A stretch of 64,000 bases of DNA from a virus (IMGVR_UViG_3300025674_000021:37707-101706), one strand, 5' to 3'. Positions 17,834-27,403 are shown, counted from the stretch's first letter. The notes: a model not told the origin generated them from the sequence alone. Made by a program: numbers and translations.

Positions 17834-19966
17834 ATGACCGTCAACCAAGAAATCAAGTCCGGACTCGCCAAACTGCTTGCGATGGAGAACATCGTGGTTG
17901 AGCACCGCAATGTCGAAACTGCGTCGTTCGATGTTCAGAACCGCATCTTAGTTCTTCCTATGTGGAAGTACGCATCTGAGGACGTGTATGACATGCTGGT
18001 TGGTCATGAAGTCGGTCATGCTCTGCACACTCCAGATCGGAACTGGATCGCTGAGCGTAAGATCCCTCCTCAGTTTGTGAACATTGTTGAAGATGTTCGG
18101 ATTGAGAAAAAGATCAAAGAGCGTTATGTAGGAATTGTTAAGAACTTTAATCGTGCATACAAAGAACTGCATGATCAGGACTTCTTCCAGATTAAGGATG
18201 ATGATCTTGACGATATGAATCTTGCCGACAGAGTAAATCTGCACTTCAAGATCGGTATGCACGAAACAATTTCTTTTTCTGAAGAAGAATTGAATGTTGT
18301 TAGAAGAATCGATTCCTGTAATAGTTTTGATGATGTTCTTGATGCTGCTGAAGAGCTCTACTTGTATTGCAAGCAGAAGATTCAGAATAATGATCAGGTC
18401 AATTCGAATCCTAATCAATCTTCTAATGAACCACCTGGTGCAGGTGACATGATGGAAGTTGAGAATCAAACTCAAGATTCTAAGGATGACGATTCTGAAG
18501 AAGGTAATGCAGATCAGAAAGATCTTAATCAACAACCTGATCCTTCTTCTCATGAATCAGACGAAGAATCTCAGCCAGATCAGGAACCAGAAGCAAAGAC
18601 AATGAATGCTTTTGAAGAGTCCATGGAACAGTTGGTGGACAAGATTGGTTCTGAGAACGTTTATCTTGAGTTTCCTGATATCAATGTTGATGATGTGATT
18701 ATTGATAATCAATTGATTCATGATAACTGTAAAGATATGTGGGAAGATATTGAGCACGAAGAACGTTGGTCTTCCCGATTCGAGCACATTGATAATGCAT
18801 ATCAAGAATTCAAGTCAAGTGCAAAGCGTGAAGTCAGTTACTTGATCAAAGAATTTGAATGCCGCAAATCTGCAGATGCTTATGCTCGCGCTAGCATTTC
18901 CCGCACAGGTGTTCTGGATTGCTCCAAACTTCATACTTACAAGTACAATGAAGACCTTTTTAAGAAAGTAACTACATTCTCTGATGGAAAGAATCATGGT
19001 CTTGTATTCGTTCTTGACTGGTCTGGTTCTATGGGAAGGGTTCTGCTTGATACAGTAAAGCAACTTTTCAACTTGATTTGGTTCTGTAAGAGAGAATCTA
19101 TTCCTTTTGAGGTTTATGCATTCACCTGCGAATTTCCTAAAGGAGATGAACTCTTTGATGAATATGGTTGTTCCTCAAAATCTTATGAAGAGCGTGGTGG
19201 TCTTATTGAGATTCCTCAGTGGTTCTCTCTGATGAACATCCTCACTCACACTGTGAACTCAAAGGTTCTTGATGATCAGATGAAAAACATCTGGAGGATT
19301 GCCTATAGTTTCTCTACCTGGTATGACATTCCTACTCCAGTTGGAATGTCATTGTCGGGAACTCCTTTGAATGAGACAATGATTTCTCTTGATAAGATCA
19401 TTCCTGCATTCAGAAAGCGGACAAAGGTTCAGAAAGTTCAATGTATTGTTCTTACTGACGGTGAAGCACAGTCACTTAAGTATCATGTAGATCTTTATGA
19501 CTACCGTACTCATAAGCGTTATCTGGGTCGTCGTGGAGTAAAGACCAACTGCATGATTCGTAATCGCAAGAACGGCAAAACTTATTCCCTCAATGTTGAT
19601 TGGAATGAGCAGGTTGATGTGTTCCTGAGGTATCTCCGCGACAATCATCCTGATGTCAACTTCATTGGATTCCGTCTTCTTGAATCACGCGATGCTGGTA
19701 ACTTCATTAGGAATTATTGTGGATACTATGGAGATCTTCATGATTCCACGATGTCATCCTGGAGGAAGAGTAAGTCCTTTACCATCACTACATCGGGGTA
19801 TCACAAATACTTTGGAATTTCTACCAGTGCAGTGTCTGATGATTCTAAGTTTACGGTTCCTGATGATGCGACAAAAGCACAAATTAAAACTGCTTTCATG
19901 AAAAATTTGGACAGTAAAAAGACAAACAAAAAGATTCTTCGTGAGTTTGTTGAGTTGATTGCATGA
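17834..19966 (+). CDS. CobT-like protein: HExxH metallopeptidase-like N-domain plus C-terminal VWA domain
   Basis: HEVGH motif, acidic linker, DWSGSM MIDAS, GTPL and LTDG; start taken at MTVNQEIK. Confidence 0.85.
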   Translation: MTVNQEIKSGLAKLLAMENIVVEHRNVETASFDVQNRILVLPMWKYASEDVYDMLVGHEVGHALHTPDRNWIAERKIPPQFVNIVEDVRIEKKIKERYVGIVKNFNRAYKELHDQDFFQIKDDDLDDMNLADRVNLHFKIGMHETISFSEEELNVVRRIDSCNSFDDVLDAAEELYLYCKQKIQNNDQVNSNPNQSSNEPPGAGDMMEVENQTQDSKDDDSEEGNADQKDLNQQPDPSSHESDEESQPDQEPEAKTMNAFEESMEQLVDKIGSENVYLEFPDINVDDVIIDNQLIHDNCKDMWEDIEHEERWSSRFEHIDNAYQEFKSSAKREVSYLIKEFECRKSADAYARASISRTGVLDCSKLHTYKYNEDLFKKVTTFSDGKNHGLVFVLDWSGSMGRVLLDTVKQLFNLIWFCKRESIPFEVYAFTCEFPKGDELFDEYGCSSKSYEERGGLIEIPQWFSLMNILTHTVNSKVLDDQMKNIWRIAYSFSTWYDIPTPVGMSLSGTPLNETMISLDKIIPAFRKRTKVQKVQCIVLTDGEAQSLKYHVDLYDYRTHKRYLGRRGVKTNCMIRNRKNGKTYSLNVDWNEQVDVFLRYLRDNHPDVNFIGFRLLESRDAGNFIRNYCGYYGDLHDSTMSSWRKSKSFTITTSGYHKYFGISTSAVSDDSKFTVPDDATKAQIKTAFMKNLDSKKTNKKILREFVELIA

Positions 19967-19971
19967 AGCAC

Positions 19972-19996
19972 AGGGAGGTTTAGACCTCCCTTTTTT
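19972..19996 (+). terminator. Intrinsic terminator
   Basis: AGGGAGGT-TTAG-ACCTCCCT plus T-run. Confidence 0.85.
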
Positions 19997-20027
19997 AATA
20001 AATACTTTCAAAACGCAAAAAATTACG

Positions 20028-20264
20028 ATGAGCAGATTCGGAGATTTAGTAGCGGGAAAGAAGGAAGCACCCGCACCTGCACCCGCACCGGTTGCTGAAC
20101 CAGCACCAGAAACCGCCCCAGAGGCAGCAGAAGAAACAATTCCTGCAGTGATTGAGGAGATGCCTTCTCCAGAAGTTCCTGCCCCTTTAAACAATCCTGT
20201 CTTTGAGATTCCATCTGCTCCAGTTCCCCGATCGACTAGAAGAAGAAACCGTCTCCGCAAATGA
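20028..20264 (+). CDS. Small Pro/Ala/Glu-rich late protein (78 aa)
   Basis: MSRFGDLVAGKKEAPAPAP...RRRNRLRK; preceded by AATAAATA. Confidence 0.7.
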   Translation: MSRFGDLVAGKKEAPAPAPAPVAEPAPETAPEAAEETIPAVIEEMPSPEVPAPLNNPVFEIPSAPVPRSTRRRNRLRK

Positions 20265-20321
20265 GACAGATTGAAAACTGGCACACGGGGGCATCGACAG
20301 ATGCCTCTTTTTTTGTATACT
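20265..20321 (+). promoter_or_regulatory. Composite element: AAACTGGCAC motif, hairpin, -10 box
   Basis: GACAGATTGAAAACTGGCAC, GGGGCATC-GACA-GATGCCTC plus T-run, then TATACT. Confidence 0.6.
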
Positions 20322-20346
20322 TGAATCAGTTCAAACCCAATCGATC

Positions 20347-21453
20347 ATGGCACTCTCTGCCGACAACATCATCGCCACCCTCAAGGACCTTTACGGTTCA
20401 AACGTCACCTCTGGTGACATCCGAGGGTTTTGTGCATCTCGCGATCTTAACTATCAGACCGTGACTAACAAGATTGCACACTGCAAAACTGGTCGTGGGC
20501 AGTGGAATCTTACCGTTCGGGAAAAAATTGAGCAAACCTATCAATCTTCTCCTGCGGTTATTCCCGCTCAGGAACAAAACCTTATCCCCGAAAAAGATGA
20601 TACCTTCGTCAAGTTTGGTAATTTTAGTGACGTTAAAAAAATTATTCAGTCCCATCTCTTCTATCCAATCTTCATTACAGGACTCTCTGGAAACGGCAAA
20701 ACGTTCTCGGTTGAGCAAGCGTGTGCTCAACTGGGTCGGGAGATGATCCGTGTCAATATCACTATTGAAACGGATGAGGATGACCTCATTGGTGGATTCC
20801 GTCTTGTTAACGGTGAGACCGTTTGGCACAATGGTCCGGTCATCGAAGCCCTGGAGCGCGGTGCGATTCTACTGCTTGACGAGATTGACCTGGCTTCCAA
20901 CAAAATTCTTTGCCTTCAATCAATCCTCGAAGGAAAGGGTGTCTTCCTGAAGAAGATCGGCAAGTTCATCAAACCTTCGTTTGGTTTCAACGTTGTTGCT
21001 ACTGCAAACACCAAGGGCAAAGGTTCTGATGACGGTCGTTTCATCGGCACCAACGTTCTCAACGAAGCATTCCTTGAGCGTTTCCCCGTGACTTTCGAGC
21101 AGGACTATCCTTCTGTTGCTATTGAGCAGCGTATCCTTGAAGGTATTTCTCTGGATCTGGGTGTAGAAGACCGTGACTTCTGCAAGCGTCTTTGTGATTG
21201 GGCAAACTTGTCCCGTATCGCATTCAAGAAGCAGACCCTTGATGAAGTCATCAGCACTCGTCGTCTTGTCCACATCATTCAGGCATACTCCATCTTTGGT
21301 AATAAAGAAAAAGCAATCCAGATGGGTGTGAATCGTTTTGATGACGAGACCAAAGCACAGTTCATCGATCTCTACGACAAACTTGATGCTAATTTCGACA
21401 TCAATGTTGCCCGTGGTGAAGAGACGGTCATTGACGAAAATGCCGTAGTTTGA
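20347..21453 (+). CDS. cobS: CobS-like MoxR-family AAA+ ATPase
   Basis: GLSGNGKT, LLLDEID, ATANTKGKG, NEAFLERF; typical cyanophage cobS-like gene (a role in cobalamin synthesis is not implied). Confidence 0.88.
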   Translation: MALSADNIIATLKDLYGSNVTSGDIRGFCASRDLNYQTVTNKIAHCKTGRGQWNLTVREKIEQTYQSSPAVIPAQEQNLIPEKDDTFVKFGNFSDVKKIIQSHLFYPIFITGLSGNGKTFSVEQACAQLGREMIRVNITIETDEDDLIGGFRLVNGETVWHNGPVIEALERGAILLLDEIDLASNKILCLQSILEGKGVFLKKIGKFIKPSFGFNVVATANTKGKGSDDGRFIGTNVLNEAFLERFPVTFEQDYPSVAIEQRILEGISLDLGVEDRDFCKRLCDWANLSRIAFKKQTLDEVISTRRLVHIIQAYSIFGNKEKAIQMGVNRFDDETKAQFIDLYDKLDANFDINVARGEETVIDENAVV

Positions 21454-21459
21454 TAGAAT
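21431..21459 (+). promoter_or_regulatory. Sigma70-type promoter
   Basis: TTGACG-17 nt-TAGAAT. Confidence 0.7.
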
Positions 21460-21482
21460 GAGTTGTACCAATTTAAATTGTT

Positions 21483-21908
21483 ATGGATAACGATTTTCAA
21501 TTTTTGGACGGCAACGAATCACCCGATGTGATTCAATTTCCCAATCAATCTGAGAGTATTTTTGAAATGTACATGGGCGAAGGTACTGGTAACATTGACT
21601 TGATCACTGAATCCAAAGGTACTCCCTGGAAGTACAATGAAGAGGAAATTCTAAAAGAACTCCTTGAGTACATCCGGGGTACTTACAGTCAGCATTATTC
21701 TGCTGGCGATGATAAGATTCAAACTTTGGATCTTATCGAAGCTTGTGGTGACGGTGAAGCATTCTGTCGTAGTAACATCCTGAAGTACGCTTCTCGCTAT
21801 GATAAGAAAGGCACTGCCCGCCGCGATATTATGAAGATCTTGCACTATGCAGTTCTTCTTCTAAACTTTAATGATAAAAACGCCAAACGCGAAACCTATC
21901 CTCATTGA
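21483..21908 (+). CDS. DUF3310-like (T7 gp1.7 nucleotide-kinase-like) protein
   Basis: HY....IQTLDLI....FC..NILKY.SRY.KKG...DI.K..HY pattern. Confidence 0.7.
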   Translation: MDNDFQFLDGNESPDVIQFPNQSESIFEMYMGEGTGNIDLITESKGTPWKYNEEEILKELLEYIRGTYSQHYSAGDDKIQTLDLIEACGDGEAFCRSNILKYASRYDKKGTARRDIMKILHYAVLLLNFNDKNAKRETYPH

Positions 21909-21909
21909 T

Positions 21910-22584
21910 ATGAAATTGAAAGAACGCACAATGAAACTGTCTGAAAAAACCCTCACCATCCTTAAAAATTTTGCAGGAATCAACAATTCGATTCTTGTGA
22001 AGGAGGGAAATCAACTCCGTACTATTTCTGTTGCAAGGAATATCCTTGCCGAAGCGGAGATCAGTGAAGAGTTTTCCCGTGAGTTCGCCATTTATGATCT
22101 GAATCAATTTCTGAATGGTCTGGGTCTTCACCAGGATCCAGACATTGATTTCAGTGATCCTTCTTATCTTATGATTCGTGAAGGTAGGCGTAGGGTAAAG
22201 TATTTTTATGCAGACCCTCAGGTCATCATGGCACCTCCTGATAAGAAACTGGAACTGCCTACTAAAGATGTCTGCTTCCAACTTCAGCAAGTGACTCTTG
22301 AGAAACTTCTGAAAGCAGCAGCAGTTTATCAACTTCCAGATCTCTCTGCTATTGGTGAGAACGGAGTTATCAAACTTGTCGTTCGCGATAAGAAGAATGA
22401 TACTTCGAATGAGTTTGGTGAGGTTGTTGGTGAAACCGATGATGAGTTCACTTATAACTTCAAAGTTGAGAACATCAAAATCATTCCTGGTTCTTATGAA
22501 GTTGTGATTTCATCTAAACTTCTTTCTGAGTTCAGTAACAGTCAGCACAACCTCAAGTATTTCATTGCTCTGGAACCGAACTGA
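21910..22584 (+). CDS. gp45: DNA polymerase sliding clamp
   Basis: MKLS..TL.ILKNF..IN.SI and FAIYDLNQFL motifs; start may be 21910 or 21931. Confidence 0.95.
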   Translation: MKLKERTMKLSEKTLTILKNFAGINNSILVKEGNQLRTISVARNILAEAEISEEFSREFAIYDLNQFLNGLGLHQDPDIDFSDPSYLMIREGRRRVKYFYADPQVIMAPPDKKLELPTKDVCFQLQQVTLEKLLKAAAVYQLPDLSAIGENGVIKLVVRDKKNDTSNEFGEVVGETDDEFTYNFKVENIKIIPGSYEVVISSKLLSEFSNSQHNLKYFIALEPN

Positions 22585-23021
22585 TGACGTTCATACCAGA
22601 AGATGAGTACCAGAAGATTCTTAAGTCCATGCCCATCTTCTGCATGGATTTTTTGTTCCGCTGTAACGATGAATATCTCCTGATCAAAAGAACAGAACAA
22701 CCTCTAAAGGGTGTTTATTGGGTCATAGGGGGTAGGATGCAATTCCGTGAAACAATTAGAAATTTTGCTAGACGAGTTCAGATGAGGGAGATTGGTAGGT
22801 ATTATGCAGGATTCAAATTAATTGGATTCTCAAACTACTTTTTTCCTGAAGTTAAAGGTGCAAGAGCAACACATACTCCTACACTTCTATTGAGTGTTGA
22901 AGTTCCAGAAAAGTTTGTACCCAAAATAGATAGCACTCATTGTGACTATATGTGGTCGAAAGAACTTCCAAGAGAGCTTTTGAGGCAGACAAACTTTATT
23001 GATAATTATGGACCTCGTTAA
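22584..23021 (+). CDS. Nudix hydrolase, GDP-mannose mannosyl hydrolase-like
   Basis: F.PE..Y..I....PI.C.D, LL.KR...P.KG.YW..GGR and a variant Nudix box, with TH motif. Confidence 0.7.
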   Translation: MTFIPEDEYQKILKSMPIFCMDFLFRCNDEYLLIKRTEQPLKGVYWVIGGRMQFRETIRNFARRVQMREIGRYYAGFKLIGFSNYFFPEVKGARATHTPTLLLSVEVPEKFVPKIDSTHCDYMWSKELPRELLRQTNFIDNYGPR

Positions 23022-23024
23022 GCA

Positions 23025-23348
23025 ATGGAACCTGATCCCTATATTCAATTTTTGGAGAATTGGATACCAGGAATAGGTGAAGATACTAAACTTCACGATC
23101 AACTTCATATACATTTTGATCTTGGATTCAGTATCAATGATGAAGCTAAACTTCTTGGTTTTCAATTAGGACATCACCCTGCTGGAAATTTTTTCCATGT
23201 TGTGGTATTTTGTATAATGAGCATTACGATTTATCCAAAAGATTATCGTAATGGTTTGAAAGATCTGCAAGATTTTTATAAAGCATATTTGCTTGGAAAA
23301 TACTGGCAATCTGTATCCTATTGGTTTATTCCTAAAACAATATTATGA
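23025..23348 (+). CDS. Hypothetical protein
   Basis: 107-aa ORF abutting both neighbours. Confidence 0.7.
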   Translation: MEPDPYIQFLENWIPGIGEDTKLHDQLHIHFDLGFSINDEAKLLGFQLGHHPAGNFFHVVVFCIMSITIYPKDYRNGLKDLQDFYKAYLLGKYWQSVSYWFIPKTIL

Positions 23349-24286
23349 GTGATTTCATTTGGGTTGAGAAGTATCGTCCTAAGACGATTGAAGAATGTAT
23401 TCTCCCTGAAGCAACTAAAAAGACCTTTCAATCTTTCCTAGATAAAGGTGAGATCCCAAACATGCTACTGGCGGGACCTCCCGGAATCGGAAAAACTACA
23501 GTAGCAAAAGCACTGTGTAACGAATTGGGGGTAGATGTTTATGTCATCAACGGATCCGACGAAGGAAGATTCCTTGATACCGTCCGAAATAATGCGAAGA
23601 ACTTTGCTTCGACCGTCTCGCTTACTTCGGATGCTAAACACAAAGTCATCATCATTGATGAGGCAGATAACACATCCAACGATGTACAACTCCTCCTACG
23701 GGCGTTTATTGAGGAGTTTGCTGGAAACTGTAGATTCATCTTCACCTGCAACTATAAAAACAAAATCCTTGAACCACTGCACTCCAGAACCACAGTGGTT
23801 GAATTCGGAATCAAAGGAAAGGAGAGACAGGCAATTGCAGCAGAATTCTTCAAGCGACTCCAATACATCTTGGGTGTTGAGGGCGTACAATACGACTCCA
23901 AAGTACTTGTTGAACTCATCAACAAACACTTCCCGGACTGGAGACGGGTTCTCAATGAATGTCAAAGGTATTCGGTCAGTGGTAAAATCGATGCAGGCAT
24001 TCTTTCAACGTTCTCTGACGTAGCAGTAAATGATCTTATTAAAAACCTTAAGGAGAAAAACTTTCCTCAAGTACGTAAATGGGTCGTATCTAATTTGGAC
24101 AATGATATTACTGTACTTACTAGGCGTATTTACGATGCTTGTTATGTTTCCCTTGAAAACGCTAGCGTTCCTGCTGCTGTGCTTACTATTGCTAAGTATC
24201 AGTACCAATCTGCCTTCGTTGCTGATCAAGAAATAAATATGCTTGCATGTCTAACTGAACTCATGGTGGAGTGCAAGTTTAAATGA
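23345..24286 (+). CDS. gp44: Clamp loader large subunit
   Basis: WVEKYRP, GPPGIGKT, IIIDEAD, PLHSR motifs. Confidence 0.96.
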   Translation: MSDFIWVEKYRPKTIEECILPEATKKTFQSFLDKGEIPNMLLAGPPGIGKTTVAKALCNELGVDVYVINGSDEGRFLDTVRNNAKNFASTVSLTSDAKHKVIIIDEADNTSNDVQLLLRAFIEEFAGNCRFIFTCNYKNKILEPLHSRTTVVEFGIKGKERQAIAAEFFKRLQYILGVEGVQYDSKVLVELINKHFPDWRRVLNECQRYSVSGKIDAGILSTFSDVAVNDLIKNLKEKNFPQVRKWVVSNLDNDITVLTRRIYDACYVSLENASVPAAVLTIAKYQYQSAFVADQEINMLACLTELMVECKFK

Positions 24287-24645
24287 AAACTTGTTCAAAG
24301 TGTTTAGTTAATAAACCATTATCTGATTATCGTATTGAGTCTTCAAGAAATTGGAGAGTTCCAATTGAACAAAGACGAAAATATTATCGGGAAGAATGTA
24401 AAGAATGTGAAAAAAAACTTAGTAAACAACTAAGAGAGGCAAAAAAATTAGCAACTCCAAAACCAACAAAATGTGAGTGTTGTTCAAAAGAAACTGATGA
24501 ACTAGTTGTTGATCATGATCATCAAACGGGAAAATTTCGTGGATGGTTATGTAAAACTTGTAATATTGGAATAGGAAAACTTGGTGACAATCTTACTGGT
24601 GTAAAAAATGCTTACAATTATCTTATAGAGTGTGAATTCAAATGA
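24283..24645 (+). CDS. Endonuclease VII-like (beta-beta-alpha-metal) putative homing endonuclease
   Basis: CxxC pairs; VVDHDHQTGKFRGWLCKTCNIGIG. Confidence 0.85.
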   Translation: MKTCSKCLVNKPLSDYRIESSRNWRVPIEQRRKYYREECKECEKKLSKQLREAKKLATPKPTKCECCSKETDELVVDHDHQTGKFRGWLCKTCNIGIGKLGDNLTGVKNAYNYLIECEFK

Positions 24646-24842
24646 AAACAAAACTAAGAGTACAAGTTAAGTCCAGGTTCTATTACATCTTTTGGGGTGC
24701 TGCGACCATTGCAGTTGTCTTTGGTCAGTTGTATGTTGGTACAGGATATCGTCTTGTTCATGAAGACATGAGAGAACTACTTCAGAAAGTTGATGGAGTT
24801 CTTCTTCATAAACAAGAATCTCCGTACCGAGGTGTGCTTTGA
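24642..24842 (+). CDS. Small membrane protein
   Basis: Single hydrophobic helix FYYIFWGAATIAVVFGQLYVG. Confidence 0.7.
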   Translation: MKTKLRVQVKSRFYYIFWGAATIAVVFGQLYVGTGYRLVHEDMRELLQKVDGVLLHKQESPYRGVL

Positions 24843-25069
24843 GTTTACTTAAAATTGATTACAAATCTCTTGCTGAACCAAGAGTAAAAACTACTCCAGA
24901 AAATGTAGCAGAAGCAAATGAAGCATTGTTCAACTGCACAATGACTTTACCTGCTGCCGCAAAACATTGTGGAATGACCCATAAGGAAATGAAATTAACC
25001 TTCTGGGAATATTTGAAATATCATCCGATTACTTATCATGTTGAAACTGAAAAAAGTCCTGGAGATTGA
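24839..25069 (+). CDS. Hypothetical protein (possible helix-turn-helix)
   Basis: MTLPAAAKHCGMT..EMK resembles an HTH; overlaps neighbours. Confidence 0.6.
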   Translation: MSLLKIDYKSLAEPRVKTTPENVAEANEALFNCTMTLPAAAKHCGMTHKEMKLTFWEYLKYHPITYHVETEKSPGD

Positions 25070-25571
25070 TAATCTCTCTCGTCTATTTTCTACTTTGAAA
25101 ACTCCTAACGATCCTACAAGCTACTTTCGTCTAGGAGTTGCAATTGAAAAGTCCTTAGAATATTTCAGTAACGGACATCTGCAAAGAGTTAATCTTACTG
25201 GTAAAGATCTTCTAGGTTCTGATAAAAAATACTACGAATGTAAAAAAGTTACATTCAAGAATAAGGGTGGAATGTCTGTCAGAGATGTAATTGTCAAAAA
25301 TGGTAGAGGAAACTCAGATCAAGAATTTAAACCTGCTGACTACTACATTTTTGTCGAACCTCTAAAAAGAAAAGCATGTTGCGTCCCTGGCAAGATGCTC
25401 TACAATATTAGACAGACCAAGACAGATGTGAAAGCGCACTGCAACCCTGAAGCAAAACATTTTTTCATGTTTGAAAATGATCTTAAGGGCAAAGAACTTC
25501 CATTCAGTTATAGGGACTTCTTTGAAGAAGATGACAAGCATCTGTATGATTACATTAAAAGCTTCTCTTAA
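25038..25571 (+). CDS. Hypothetical protein, possible PD-(D/E)xK nuclease
   Basis: E...GKDLLGSDKKYYECKK and ADYYIFV; directly upstream of adenine methyltransferase. Confidence 0.45.
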   Translation: MLKLKKVLEIDNLSRLFSTLKTPNDPTSYFRLGVAIEKSLEYFSNGHLQRVNLTGKDLLGSDKKYYECKKVTFKNKGGMSVRDVIVKNGRGNSDQEFKPADYYIFVEPLKRKACCVPGKMLYNIRQTKTDVKAHCNPEAKHFFMFENDLKGKELPFSYRDFFEEDDKHLYDYIKSFS

Positions 25572-25573
25572 TT

Positions 25574-26404
25574 ATGAAATCTTTGAAAACTCCTCTTCGT
25601 TATCCTGGCGGTAAGTCCCGCGCATGTACACGTATGGCACCATACTTTCCCGATCTTCGGGAGTATGATGAATTTCGTGAACCATTTCTTGGTGGTGGTA
25701 GTGTTGCTATCTACATGACTAAGAAGTATCCCCATCTTAAGATCTGGGTCAATGATCTTTATGAACCTCTTTATAACTTCTGGGTTCAACTTCGTGATCG
25801 TGGTGCAGACATGAAGTATAAACTCCAAGAACTTAAGTCAAGGTATCCAGATCAAGGATCTGCCAGAGGACTTTTCTTGGAGTCAAAGGACTATCTCAAT
25901 AAAGAAGATGGCGATCCTTTCTGGAAGGCAGTTAGTTTCTATGTTGTTAATAAGTGTAGTTTCTCTGGTCTGAGTGAAAGTTCTTCATTCTCAAAGCAGG
26001 CATCTGATAGTAATTTTTCGATGCGTGGTATTGAAAAACTCCCAGAGTATTCAATGATTATCAAAGATTGGCACATTACCAATGTTCATTACGATAATCT
26101 TCTTGATGAAAATTCTGAGCGTAGAGCATTCCTTTACTTAGATCCTCCATACGATATCAAAGATAATCTGTATGGGAAGAAAGGTAATATGCATAAAGGA
26201 TTTGATCACGATACTTTTGCATTGGATTGTGATGGATGCTCTTTGGATTCTATGATCAGTTACAACTCTGATCAATTGGTCAAAAATAGATTCACTCGAT
26301 GGAAAGCAGCAGAGTTTGATCTTACATACACCATGAGATCAGTTGGAGAATATATGCGTGATCAAAAAGAACGCAAGGAACTTGTTCTCATGAACTATGA
26401 CTAA
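25574..26404 (+). CDS. dam: DNA adenine methyltransferase (Dam/D12 class)
   Basis: RYPGGKS, EPFLGGGS, DPPY motifs. Confidence 0.9.
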   Translation: MKSLKTPLRYPGGKSRACTRMAPYFPDLREYDEFREPFLGGGSVAIYMTKKYPHLKIWVNDLYEPLYNFWVQLRDRGADMKYKLQELKSRYPDQGSARGLFLESKDYLNKEDGDPFWKAVSFYVVNKCSFSGLSESSSFSKQASDSNFSMRGIEKLPEYSMIIKDWHITNVHYDNLLDENSERRAFLYLDPPYDIKDNLYGKKGNMHKGFDHDTFALDCDGCSLDSMISYNSDQLVKNRFTRWKAAEFDLTYTMRSVGEYMRDQKERKELVLMNYD

Positions 26405-26424
26405 GGAAAACAAGTTGTTTGACT

Positions 26425-26586
26425 ATGAGACGATTCTGGCGATTATGGTCTAAGGCACTTGGTCAGAAAGAAGGACGTACAGATAGAGAAGCAAATGCAG
26501 TTTCTCTAATACGAACATTCATGTTCCTTAGTTATTTTGTCACAAACTGTTTTATTATTTCTGGAGTGATTAGACATTGGAACTGA
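26425..26586 (+). CDS. Small membrane protein (53 aa), below ORF-track cutoff
   Basis: MRRFWRLWSKALGQKEGRTDREANAVSLIRTFMFLSYFVTNCFIISGVIRHWN fills the dam-gp62 gap. Confidence 0.7.
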   Translation: MRRFWRLWSKALGQKEGRTDREANAVSLIRTFMFLSYFVTNCFIISGVIRHWN

Positions 26587-26957
26587 AAGATTGGTTGAAT
26601 TCTATTAATCAAACAAAGAAACATTTGATTGATGAAGACCCTTCTGTAGAGAAGGAATATCCTCCTTATATCATCAATAGATGTTTCTCTGGGCATATTG
26701 ATACGATCATGTATGCCAACGAAATAAATCAGTATCACTTTTTAGATAAAAAGTTGCAATATGATTTTCTTATAAATATTGTGAGGAAAAAGAAGAGATT
26801 TTCTCCCTGGATCCGACAAGATAAGATCAAAGATCTTGATTATGTCAAACGATACTATGGTTATAGTAATGAGAAGGCAAAACAAGCTTTGAAAATTCTT
26901 ACAGAAGAACAACTTAATTTTATTAAATCGAAATTTGATACTGGAGGAAGAAGATGA
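26577..26957 (+). CDS. gp62: Clamp loader small subunit
   Basis: ELKDWLNSIN, YPPYIINRC.S, YYGYS.EKA..AL motifs; TTG start. Confidence 0.92.
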   Translation: MELKDWLNSINQTKKHLIDEDPSVEKEYPPYIINRCFSGHIDTIMYANEINQYHFLDKKLQYDFLINIVRKKKRFSPWIRQDKIKDLDYVKRYYGYSNEKAKQALKILTEEQLNFIKSKFDTGGRR

Positions 26958-27403
26958 GTGTCGTTCAAGAACCAGAGGTTAAATGGTCCCCTGAACAGAT
27001 GGTAGAAGTGGTTCTAAATGAACCTGATGATTTTTTGAAAGTTCGTGAAACATTGACTCGTATTGGTGTTGCATCTAGGAAAGAAAAGAAAATCTATCAG
27101 TCCTGTCATATTTTGCATAAGCAGGGTAGATATTACTTAGTTCATTTTAAAGAACTGTTTGCGTTGGACGGAAAGTACGCAAACCTTACAGTTAATGACG
27201 TTCAACGTCGTAATCGTATTGCCCAATTACTTGCAGATTGGGGTCTTATTGGTATCGTCAATGTTGAGAAGATTGTCGATATTGCACCACTAAATCAAAT
27301 CAAAGTCCTGGCATACAAGGATAAGTCGGACTGGATTCTAGAAACCAAGTACAATATTGGTTCTAAGAAGAAGAAGGTAGAGACCGAAGAAACTGAAGCA
27401 TGA
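26954..27403 (+). CDS. regA: Translational repressor RegA
   Basis: PDDFLKVRETLTRIG and YQSCHILHKQGRYY.VHFKELF. Confidence 0.97.
   Translation: MSVVQEPEVKWSPEQMVEVVLNEPDDFLKVRETLTRIGVASRKEKKIYQSCHILHKQGRYYLVHFKELFALDGKYANLTVNDVQRRNRIAQLLADWGLIGIVNVEKIVDIAPLNQIKVLAYKDKSDWILETKYNIGSKKKKVETEETEA

Noticed and set aside
20347-21453. Cobalamin biosynthesis function for the cobS-like gene
   Set aside because: No cobN or other cob genes in the window; only AAA+ family membership is supported
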